Shown here: piece by piece, positions 1 to 7,754 of the stretch | Numbering within the stretch: the stretch's first letter is position 1 | Layout: every line of letters begins with the position of its first letter | Assembly: GCA_041687695.1 (NCBI GenBank) | Contig: JAWLBL010000009.1 | Coordinates: forward strand, 1-43,533 | Source: Myxococcota bacterium | GTDB taxonomy: Bacteria > Myxococcota_A > UBA9042 > PHBI01 > JAWLBL01 | Direction: 5' to 3' | DNA: 43,533 nucleotides | Translations under genes and position numbers: made by a program | Notes under the pieces: model-generated | What the model was told of the DNA's origin: nothing | Seen by the model: only the letters and a program-made list of their open reading frames with translations | Database searches by the model: none

Positions 1-185
1 TCCCGGCCCGACGCGGGTGCACGTCGCCGTCCCGGGACGACGCGGGTGCGAGTCGCCGTCCCGGGACGACGCGGGCTGGCTCGCCGTCCCGGGACGACGT
101 GGGCTGGCTCGCCGTCCCGGGACGACGCGGGTGCGGGTCGCCGTCCCAGGACGCCGCCGGTCCAGGTCGCCGTCCCGGGACGACG
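1..185. repeat. Tandem array of 28-29 bp units with palindromic core TCGCCGTCCCGGGACGACG
   Basis: Core starts at 24, 53, 81, 109, 138 and 167, with a partial copy at the window edge. Variable 9-10 nt linkers. The array ends 2 bp from the HNH gene stop codon. Confidence 0.9.
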
Positions 186-187
186 GG

Positions 188-1381
188 TCAGCGGGCCCGA
201 GGGATCCGATCGAGCGCGGATCGGGTGCGTCCACCTTCAGCCCGGGCGGCTCGCTTTCGCTGCATGAAGTCGGCGCCCAGCTCTTGTCGGGCGATGAGCT
301 GGTTGTGGGCCTGGCAGAGCAGGCTGATGTTGTCGGCCGAGTGAGCGCCGCCTTTGGCGAAGGGGGCGTGGTGGTGGAACTCCAAGCGCCGCTGCTCGCG
401 ACAGCGGCCTGACGGGCCATGATAGGTGCAGCGCAAGCCGTCCCGCTCGACCACGGCCCGCTTGACGTCGGCCGGGATGGCTCGGCTGCGCTCCTTGGGC
501 CCGGCCTGCTCACTCGTCTCGGCTGACTCTTGCGCTTCGGTCGGTTGCCCCCGCTCGGTCGTTCCTTCCGTGGGTCCGACGTTGCTCGACGCCTCGGCGC
601 GCTCGGCCGGAGCGGGGACGGCGGCCACCTTGCGGGACTTGGCCTTGCGACCCACGCCGAACCGCTGCTTCTTCTTGGCGGCCAGGAAGGCGTCCAACGC
701 CATCTCGAACAGGCGCTCGTAGTCCCCGGCGCCGACCTGATGGCCGGCCAGGGCCATCGCCTCCTCGAGCTTGGCCGCCACCCGGGCGTCGACGGTCAGC
801 TGGACCTTGAAGCGCGCCTCGGACAACGGCTCGACCCGATGCTTGGGTTTGGGCGCCGCCAGCTGGAGGCCGTCGTCCCGGGACGACTCGCTCGCCGCCG
901 TCTTCGCTGCGACCGGCGCCGCCGCCGAGCGCCGGGCCGGCAGCCGAACGACCCGTCCCGGCACGTCCGCCCGAGGCGTCCACCGGGCCATCAGAAGCTG
1001 AAGCTCCTGTCGCGTCTTCCCGGCCGCCTCCCGCAACCGCTCCTCGGCGTTGTCGTTCGACAGATGCTGGCGCAGCGCCCGCACGCCGCTCAGGCTGAGC
1101 CGCCCGTCGGCCACCATCTCCAACGCCAGCGGCCACTTGCGCGCCACCTCGACGACCTTGGTGTAGGTCCAGGCCTGATCCTCGGACACCCCCCACCGTG
1201 CCATGCACCAGTCGGCCAGCGTCGACGCCCCGTCCACCAGATGAAGGTCGCGCCGCACCACCTCGACCAGACACGCCAGCAGGTTGGCCGCCGCCTTGCG
1301 GTGCACCACGACCAGCCGGTCGGCCGTAGCCATCAGGTCCCCATCAGACAGTCGCTCCAGGCAGCCATTCCGTTCGCTCAT
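188..1381 (-). CDS. HNH endonuclease, DUF222/13E12-like architecture
   Basis: C-terminal RAIP..VKRAVVERDGLRC...C...LEFHH..PFAKGG.HS.DNISLLCQAHN is an HNH/McrA-type motif. Helical N-terminal region. GAGGAG RBS 8 nt upstream of the ATG. Confidence 0.85.
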   Translation of the reverse strand: MSERNGCLERLSDGDLMATADRLVVVHRKAAANLLACLVEVVRRDLHLVDGASTLADWCMARWGVSEDQAWTYTKVVEVARKWPLALEMVADGRLSLSGVRALRQHLSNDNAEERLREAAGKTRQELQLLMARWTPRADVPGRVVRLPARRSAAAPVAAKTAASESSRDDGLQLAAPKPKHRVEPLSEARFKVQLTVDARVAAKLEEAMALAGHQVGAGDYERLFEMALDAFLAAKKKQRFGVGRKAKSRKVAAVPAPAERAEASSNVGPTEGTTERGQPTEAQESAETSEQAGPKERSRAIPADVKRAVVERDGLRCTYHGPSGRCREQRRLEFHHHAPFAKGGAHSADNISLLCQAHNQLIARQELGADFMQRKRAARAEGGRTRSALDRIPRAR

Positions 1382-1411
1382 CGGCCCTGCTCCTCGTGTT
1401 CGGGAGCGAGA

Positions 1412-1420
1412 AGTGTAGCA
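1412..1420 (-). promoter_or_regulatory. Extended -10 promoter (TGcTACACT) for the HNH gene
   Basis: Minus strand TGCTACACT about 30 nt upstream of the ATG. No properly spaced -35. Confidence 0.5.
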
Positions 1421-1640
1421 CGAGGGGGTTGTCCACCTCGGATCGCCCCCTGGACGGCCGTTCAGGCCTCTCGAACACCCCGCGGCGACCCTCGACCCTG
1501 ATCAGCGCGCCCTCAGGCCTGCCAGAGGGCTTCCAGCGCCTGCCCAGGCCCGACCCTGGATCGGCGAATTCCTGCCCTCAAATCCTGTCAACAACTCTTT
1601 TGCCCTCCGCGGCCTCCATGTGTCGATTTTCGGCCGGACC

Positions 1641-1894
1641 CGCCGTCCCGGGGCGGAACTCTCGCCCGCCCACCCTGCGCCCGTCGTCCCGGGACGACCA
1701 ATTGAATACCTCTTCAATTAGCGCCCCTGGGTGCGACCGACCGGTCGTCGCGGGACGACGACCTGGGTCCGCCCCGTCGTCCCGGGACGATTAATTGCGC
1801 GCCCGTATAATTCTGCGTTCGCACCACCCTCGAACCTTGGCGCCCGCGCCCCGACCAGCGACCCCAGTCCGCATCGTCCCGGGACGACTAATTG
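1641..1894. repeat. Dispersed copies of palindrome GTCGTCCCGGGACGAC, three followed by YAATTG
   Basis: Copies at 1683 (perfect), 1744, 1776 and 1873 (one mismatch each), and a degenerate copy at 1641. CAATTG or TAATTG follows the copies at 1683, 1776 and 1873. Confidence 0.8.
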
Positions 1895-2154
1895 GGTGAC
1901 TGATTAATTGCAGTCTTGGCACCGAGCTCCTGTCCCCCTGCGCCCTCAGGCCGACCAGCGACCCGTCGCCCGCACCACGATCATCGCATGCGCCCGCCAC
2001 CCACGCCGAGCGTGCGGGACGCGAAGCGGCCCGGACGCCCGCACGGGGGCTGCGCCCCCGCGCCCCGCGTTGATGGCCCTCCAGCCGCAGCGGAGGCCGG
2101 GGTCAAGGGCTTTGTCGTCCGCGAGGAATTGGACCGCCCGCAGGGCGGGCCAAG

Positions 2155-2335
2155 GGGGACAAAGCCCTTGAGGCCGGCCGTAGCGGAGGCTACCGCGCCT
2201 CCCCATCGGTCACGCCAACAGGGGACAAAGCCCTTGAGGCCGGCCGAAGCGGAGGCTACCGCGCCTCCCCATCAGTCACGCCAATCGGGGACCAAGCCCT
2301 CGAGGCTGGCCTACGCTGCGGCAACCGCGCCTCCA
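2155..2335. repeat. Three tandem 66-bp repeats (GGGGACAAAGCCCTTGAGGCCGGCCG...)
   Basis: Units start at 2155, 2221 and 2287; the third is degenerate. TCAAGGGCTTTGTC (2103-2116) is an inverted copy of 2158-2171. Confidence 0.85.
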
Positions 2336-2439
2336 TTCACCCCTCACCTGCCCCGCCAGCTCCCGCCAGTACATGCCTGCCCCACCTCTCCCCACCTACC
2401 CCTCCCCCCTCCCCCACCCAGCTCCCCCCTCTCCTTTGA

Positions 2440-2468
2440 TTGCGACCCCGTCCTCCTTCCCCTACACT
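2440..2468 (+). promoter_or_regulatory. sigma70-type promoter TTGCGA-17-TACACT
   Basis: Canonical spacing, 9 nt upstream of GTG 2478. Confidence 0.55.
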
Positions 2469-2477
2469 GCGCCGGCC

Positions 2478-3533
2478 GTGCGAGAGACACCCTGGATCAT
2501 AGCCATCGGGTGCGCTGGTCTCCTGGCGCTGACGAGTTGCTCCCAGACGAACCGACCGGTCACGTTGGCCCAGGCCAGCGGACAGGGCGCCGTCGTCTCC
2601 GACGAGCCCTCCGAGGACGCCGAGCCCGAAGCGCCCCGCCCGTCACCCCGACGCGACAAGCACCTCCGGTTCGCCCGCGCCGGCCTTGGCCACGGCGAAG
2701 GGATCCGCCCCCGGACCCCCGAGGCCGGCGCGCGCCCGGCCGAGCGGCGCTGCCCGCAGGTCCGCGGGGCGCCGAACGTCTACATGATCGGCAGCTCGAC
2801 CATGGGCACGCTGCTGGGGCCGATGCTCAAGCGCCTGTTCGGCGCGTGGGACGTCGAGTCGCGCCGCTGGGGCAAGGCCTCGAGCGGCCTGGCCCGCCCC
2901 GACTTCCACGACTGGCCCAAAGAGGTCCCCGAGCTGGTCCGCAAGTACGACCCCGACGTGTTCGTCGTGTCGCTGGGCACCAACGACTTCCAGCCCATCA
3001 AGACCAAGAAGGGCTGGATTCGCACCGACGACCCCGCCTGGGACCGCGTCTACGCCGAGCGGGTCGACCGCATGCTGAAGGCGATGAGCGCGGGGCGTCA
3101 GCGCACCATCCTGTGGATCGGCCCGACCGCCTTCGCCAGCGAGAACGCGCGCAAGATGGCGCCGCGCATTAGCGACATCGTCAAGCAGCGCGTCGCCGCC
3201 TTCGGCGGTCCCGTGACCTACATCGACGCCTACCGGCGCACACTGACCAGGTCGGGGGCGCTCATCGAGACCGTGCGTGACGGCAGCACCGGCAAGCGCG
3301 TCAAGGCCTACCAGGGCGACGGCATCCACCTCACCACCGAGGGCGTGCGCTGGCTGTTGGCCGAGCCGGTGCTGCGCCACCTGGCGCCCTGCCTGGGTGT
3401 CGCCAAGGCCGGCCCCCTGCCCCGCCGCCAGCGCGACGACGGTCAGGCCGACCGCCTCGCCAGCAACCTGGACCGCCGCCTCGAGGCGGCCGCTCCACCG
3501 GACGACGCGCCCCCGACGGCGACGTTCGAGTAA
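2478..3533 (+). CDS. SGNH/GDSL-type hydrolase lipoprotein (DUF459-like)
   Basis: Blocks IGSS, GKASSGLARPDFHDW, SLGTND and DGIH. Start moved to GTG 2478, which gives a lipoprotein signal (LLALTSC) and fits the promoter. Confidence 0.8.
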   Translation: MRETPWIIAIGCAGLLALTSCSQTNRPVTLAQASGQGAVVSDEPSEDAEPEAPRPSPRRDKHLRFARAGLGHGEGIRPRTPEAGARPAERRCPQVRGAPNVYMIGSSTMGTLLGPMLKRLFGAWDVESRRWGKASSGLARPDFHDWPKEVPELVRKYDPDVFVVSLGTNDFQPIKTKKGWIRTDDPAWDRVYAERVDRMLKAMSAGRQRTILWIGPTAFASENARKMAPRISDIVKQRVAAFGGPVTYIDAYRRTLTRSGALIETVRDGSTGKRVKAYQGDGIHLTTEGVRWLLAEPVLRHLAPCLGVAKAGPLPRRQRDDGQADRLASNLDRRLEAAAPPDDAPPTATFE

Positions 3534-3680
3534 GAGCTCGGAAGCCGCCGCGTCCTATCGGGTTTCAAGGGCAGCGGGCCCTCGCGTGGGCGCCCGCGTA
3601 GACCCCGCGCCTCGGGTGCCGATGGTTGTGGGGCGCGGCTCGCCCGGGCCGCTCCCCCTCCCGTCGCTCCCCCGGGCGTA

Positions 3681-3709
3681 TTGAACGGCCCTCGGCGAGC
3701 GCCTAAGCT
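3681..3709 (+). promoter_or_regulatory. sigma70-type promoter TTGAAC-17-TAAGCT
   Basis: Canonical spacing upstream of ATG 3738. Confidence 0.5.
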
Positions 3710-3737
3710 TCCCCCCGCACCCCCGCGACGAGATCCC

Positions 3738-4130
3738 ATGACCCCGCTCAAGCTCGGAATCATCGCCTGCGCGCTCGCCGCGGGCATGCTCGTGACGGAG
3801 CTGCTGTGGCAGCCGGTCTTCACGGTCCGCCTGACGTCCAACATCTCGCTGCCGCTGTGGATCCTGGCCGCCATCTACGGCGCGCTGCAGCTGTACCTGT
3901 GGCGCATGACCCGCCGCGGCCTTGCGCTGACCGTCGACGAGCTGTCCACCTGGGGCGACAAGCTCGAGGACGCGACACCCAACATCGTCCGCGGCTACCA
4001 GGCCCACAAGCCGGTCGGCGAGATCGCCCGCGAGATCGAGTCGTCCCACGGCATCCCCAAGGACGTCACGCTCCGCTACATCATCGCCCTCGGCAAGCAC
4101 CTGCGCGCCCAGACCGACGCCACGGCCTGA
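3738..4130 (+). CDS. Small hypothetical membrane protein (two TM helices plus cytoplasmic tail)
   Basis: Two hydrophobic segments; GC-rich third codon positions; ATG at 3738. Confidence 0.7.
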   Translation: MTPLKLGIIACALAAGMLVTELLWQPVFTVRLTSNISLPLWILAAIYGALQLYLWRMTRRGLALTVDELSTWGDKLEDATPNIVRGYQAHKPVGEIAREIESSHGIPKDVTLRYIIALGKHLRAQTDATA

Positions 4131-4161
4131 CCGCCCTCGTCTCCGGACCGGCGCCGGAGCC

Positions 4162-4358
4162 GCGATGACCGCCCCGGCGAGGGTGTCGTATTGATGCGGG
4201 CTGAGGCGGCCATGGAGTGCTCCGGCTTGCCGGAGCCCCAGCCCCGGCGGCTTGCCGCCGGGATCTGGTCGCCAAACCCGGCGCAGCAAGCTGCGCCGGA
4301 TGGGGGCTCCACCAAGGTGGAGCACTCCGCTTGGGCTTTTGCGATGACCGCCCCGGCG
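4162..4358. repeat. Symmetric four-hairpin REP/MITE-like element within 18-bp direct repeats
   Basis: Direct repeat GCGATGACCGCCCCGGCG at 4162 and 4341. Inverted repeat GGAGTGCTCC/GGAGCACTCC at 4214 and 4319. Four perfect hairpins with CTTG or CAAG loops. Confidence 0.75.
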
Positions 4359-4373
4359 CCGGCGCTCCGAGGG

Positions 4374-4829
4374 TCAGGCAGGCTCGAGCTCGGCCGACTC
4401 GGCCGGCCCGTTCTCGGCGACCCAGCGCGCGTACTCCTCGGCGCCCAGGCAGGCCAGGTAGTGCACGGTCACGCCGCCCGGCGAGCGCGCCAGCAGCTCC
4501 TGCAGGATGCTGTCGAGGGTGTAGTCGGTGCCGGCGTAGAGCACCTTGATGACCGTCGCGTCCGGCGCCTCGACCACACCCGAGTAGAAGATGTGGTTGT
4601 CGCCGGTCACCGTGATGGTGCCGGGCATCTGCGCCCCGCCGTTGTACAGGGCGACCGCGCGCACCGGCGAAGGCAGCCCGCGGGCCACGGCGGTCTGGAT
4701 CTTCAGGGCCTCGGAGTTGCTCAGGGGCACTCCGAACTTGGTGTAGAAGACGACGCTGCAGTTGGCCGGCACGGTGTACTTCACGCCGAAGTTCACCGAG
4801 CCGTGCGCCGAGAGCACGTAGACATCCAT
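4374..4829 (-). CDS. Stv-like domain protein, putative His/Cys (clan CD-like) peptidase fold
   Basis: VLSAHG...VP.NCSVVFY..FG...VHYLAC pattern. AGGAG RBS before ATG 4829. Confidence 0.6.
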   Translation of the reverse strand: MDVYVLSAHGSVNFGVKYTVPANCSVVFYTKFGVPLSNSEALKIQTAVARGLPSPVRAVALYNGGAQMPGTITVTGDNHIFYSGVVEAPDATVIKVLYAGTDYTLDSILQELLARSPGGVTVHYLACLGAEEYARWVAENGPAESAELEPA

Positions 4830-4905
4830 CGGATCTCCTCCTGGCCCGTCAGGGCGGGTCGAGCTGGCAGGCACCTTCCCCGTGCGAGAGCGCCGTCCTT
4901 CGGCG

Positions 4906-7737
4906 TCAGGCGCTGGGAACGTCGAGGGTGAGACCGAGGGCGACGATGGGATCGGTCGGCGAGCCGTCGGGCTGCCACGCGGGCACCGCCTGCTGCGCGC
5001 CGAAGAAGCCGACCAGGACGCCGAGGCCGTTGGGGTCGCTCTTGGTGACGGTCGTGTCGCCCGGCTGCGCGACGCCGGTCGAGACCGAGGGCGTGCCGCC
5101 CTGCCCGTCGTCGAAGCTCAGCGACAAGCTGGTGACGGTGCCCTGGGTCTGCTTGCTCGCCGGGCTGCTGCTGCCCGTCACCGAGTAGCTGGTGAGCGTC
5201 CACGGGCCGATTTCGAAGGTCACCCATTGGTAGCCGAGCTTCTGGAGCACGTCGTCGGGCGTGCCCTGGCCGTGCTGGGCGCCGGTGGCGTCCTTCCACT
5301 TGATCGCCATCAGCTCGCTGCCGCTGTCGCCGCTCTGGAACGCCACCTGGATCGACACGACCGGGGACGAGGGCGTCGCGACGTCGAAGGCCGTCGCGGG
5401 CGCGGCGGCGTTGCCGACGGCGTCCGTCTTGGCGGGCGCGAGGACCAGCAGCGACACGCTCTGCACGCTCTCGTTGGGCGCCCCCGACTTGCCGTCCGGC
5501 AGCGGCCCGTCGGTGGTGAGGGTGTAGGTGAGCGGCGTCGGCGTGGCGGGCGCGGGCGTGGTCAGCACCTGCGAGCCGCTGTTGGCACGGCGTCCGTTGG
5601 GCAGGTCGAGCGCGACCGCCCCCGGGTCGATGCGCGCCGACAGCGAGTGATCGCACGTCCAATCGAAGTCGTAGGCGACGGCGGGCAGGACCCAGGGGAG
5701 GGCCTTGCCGGCGGCCGAGAACGGGTAGGCGTGCAGGGCCAGCGTGCCGGTCGACAGCAGGGGCTCGACGGGGGGTTGCAGGAGCTTGGCCGGGCCTTCG
5801 TTGCCGCTGCCGTCGATCGGGACCAGGCGGTACTGCACGTTCGTCGTGGCGTAGGGCAGGACGGCCTGGACGGTCCGCGTGCCCGTGGAGGCGGGGTCCG
5901 TGTTGTAAGGCGGCAGCTCGGCTTGCAGCTGGCTGGGCGTGCTGCCGACGATCTGCCACAGCTGGAGGTGGTCGGTCGCCGGGGTCGCCATCATGGTGAA
6001 GGTGAGGGTGTCGCCCGGCAGGGCGGACTGCTGGTCCACGCTGAAGATGACCGCCTGGGCGGGCGGGACGGCGAGCCGGACCGAGGTGGGCGTGGCGGAG
6101 TTGGCGCCGTAGCTCTGGAGCCGATAGGCGATGATCATCGCCGTGTTGCCGGTCCGGAACGGCTGGGTGGTCGACGAGATGAAGCCTGGGATGCCGTTGG
6201 CGTCCGGCGGGCCGGACAGCGTGAACGTGACGCTCTGGCGGGCCGGGATGACGCCCTGGCCCTGGGGCTTGATGCTGAGGGTCCAGTAGGTCCCGATGGT
6301 CCCCTTGGGCGGGTTGGCGACCTTGGTCTGGACGGCCTGCCAGTCGGGGTGCTCGGGGGTGACGATGATGGTGGTCGACGCCTCGGGTGAGCACAGGGCC
6401 CCGTTGGCGGGGTCGCCCCAGGGGAAGTAGACGTAGAAGAGGTCGACCGGCCCCGGGTTGGGATCGTCGATGGGCGGCAGCTCGGTCGAGGGCAGGCCGT
6501 TGCTGACCGGGAAGTCCTGGGTCGACTGGTTCTGGAGGCTGAAGGACAGCGTGGTGGCGTTGAGCGGGTTGGGGATCTGGACCTGCGAGACGGTCGTGAC
6601 GAGCACCTCGCCGTTCCAGGGGTAGCCGAGCTGCGGCTGCGGGGGCAGCTGAGGGACGAAGTCGTGGGTCTGGGGGGTGCCGGGGCCCGACGCGGCGAGG
6701 ACCCAGGTCCCGTACAGGGTCGTGCTGGAGGTCCAGGGGTTGGCCACCAGCGCGGCGACGTCGAAGCCGACCCCCGTGTTGGGTGCCAGGGTGGCCTTGG
6801 ACTTGGGTTTGGGCGCGAAGGCCCAGTAGGTCTGCAGGTTGGCGTCGGTCATCTCCTGGACGATCCACGCCGGGTCGGCCGCGCTGATCTTCATGGCCTT
6901 GGGGTCGTCCGGGTCCGGCGCCGGCGCCAGCTCGCCGACCTGGGTCCCCCAGTCGAAGTAGACGTAGAAGACGTCGACGTCGCCGGCCGGCGGGTCGGTG
7001 ATGGCCGGCAGCGTGTCGTCGTCACGGTCGTTGACGAAGACCGCCGGGTCGACGGGCGAGGTGTTCTTCAGCGTCACCGCCAGCGTGGCGCCCTGGAAGG
7101 GGTTGTAGACCGGGACCAGCGCGTTGGTGCTGGTGTTGGCGAACACCGTGCCCGTCAGCTGGAACACCATGGGCGGGGCCTCGTCATCGACGAGCGCGCG
7201 CAGCGGCTGCTCCTTCCAGACGACCAGCTTGCGGTGCCCCAGCGCGAAGTCCCGCACGGCCCAGGCCGCGGTCAGGACGGTCGATCCCACCGGGCCCGGG
7301 GCGACGATGTCGGTGAGATCGAGCGTCAAGGACGCCCCGGGATCGAGCGTGACCCGGCCGGTCGGATAGATGGCCCACGACACGCGCGACAGGCCCTCGT
7401 GCACCCGCGCGCCGGTGCTGGTCCACCCCTCGGTCGAGGGGTTGGCGGCCAGGCGGATGCGCTCGGCCAGCGCCTCGGGGGCCAGGGCGCCGGGCCCCGA
7501 GCCGGTGGGGAAGCTGAGGTAGACGCGGTCGATCGCGCACGGCGCGGTGTCGTCGAGATCGGGCGGCTCGACGCCCGCCCCGGCGTCGTTGCGGAAGCGC
7601 AGGGGCGCGGCGCCGGTGTTGGTGAGCGTGACCTGCAGGCCGCCTACGACCGGGTCGCACGCGTCGCCCGAGACGGGGACGCTGGACGGCGAGACGGTGA
7701 CCTTCAGAGGGAGCGCGAGGGGATCCGATGCGGGCAT
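4906..7737 (-). CDS. Large protein with three internal beta-rich repeats and a C-terminal jacalin-like lectin domain
   Basis: Three repeats of L..TL.N...D..Y..F..G...L...W. C-terminus FDV..VVSIQV...LVGFFGA...IVALGL. ATG 7737 has a GAGG RBS; the alternative start is 7785. Confidence 0.75.
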   Translation of the reverse strand: MPASDPLALPLKVTVSPSSVPVSGDACDPVVGGLQVTLTNTGAAPLRFRNDAGAGVEPPDLDDTAPCAIDRVYLSFPTGSGPGALAPEALAERIRLAANPSTEGWTSTGARVHEGLSRVSWAIYPTGRVTLDPGASLTLDLTDIVAPGPVGSTVLTAAWAVRDFALGHRKLVVWKEQPLRALVDDEAPPMVFQLTGTVFANTSTNALVPVYNPFQGATLAVTLKNTSPVDPAVFVNDRDDDTLPAITDPPAGDVDVFYVYFDWGTQVGELAPAPDPDDPKAMKISAADPAWIVQEMTDANLQTYWAFAPKPKSKATLAPNTGVGFDVAALVANPWTSSTTLYGTWVLAASGPGTPQTHDFVPQLPPQPQLGYPWNGEVLVTTVSQVQIPNPLNATTLSFSLQNQSTQDFPVSNGLPSTELPPIDDPNPGPVDLFYVYFPWGDPANGALCSPEASTTIIVTPEHPDWQAVQTKVANPPKGTIGTYWTLSIKPQGQGVIPARQSVTFTLSGPPDANGIPGFISSTTQPFRTGNTAMIIAYRLQSYGANSATPTSVRLAVPPAQAVIFSVDQQSALPGDTLTFTMMATPATDHLQLWQIVGSTPSQLQAELPPYNTDPASTGTRTVQAVLPYATTNVQYRLVPIDGSGNEGPAKLLQPPVEPLLSTGTLALHAYPFSAAGKALPWVLPAVAYDFDWTCDHSLSARIDPGAVALDLPNGRRANSGSQVLTTPAPATPTPLTYTLTTDGPLPDGKSGAPNESVQSVSLLVLAPAKTDAVGNAAAPATAFDVATPSSPVVSIQVAFQSGDSGSELMAIKWKDATGAQHGQGTPDDVLQKLGYQWVTFEIGPWTLTSYSVTGSSSPASKQTQGTVTSLSLSFDDGQGGTPSVSTGVAQPGDTTVTKSDPNGLGVLVGFFGAQQAVPAWQPDGSPTDPIVALGLTLDVPSA

Positions 7738-7754
7738 GAGCGGCCTCGAGGGGG

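Noticed and set aside
1..185. Possible CRISPR array
   Set aside because: Linkers are only 9-10 nt and similar to one another; no cas genes in the window.
1806..1811. TATAAT hexamer in the palindrome region
   Set aside because: No correctly spaced -35 or TG extension and no downstream gene; cannot be supported as a promoter.
1916..3172. 418-aa ORF spanning the 66-bp repeats
   Set aside because: Repeat-derived and Pro/Arg-rich; overlaps the SGNH gene out of frame.
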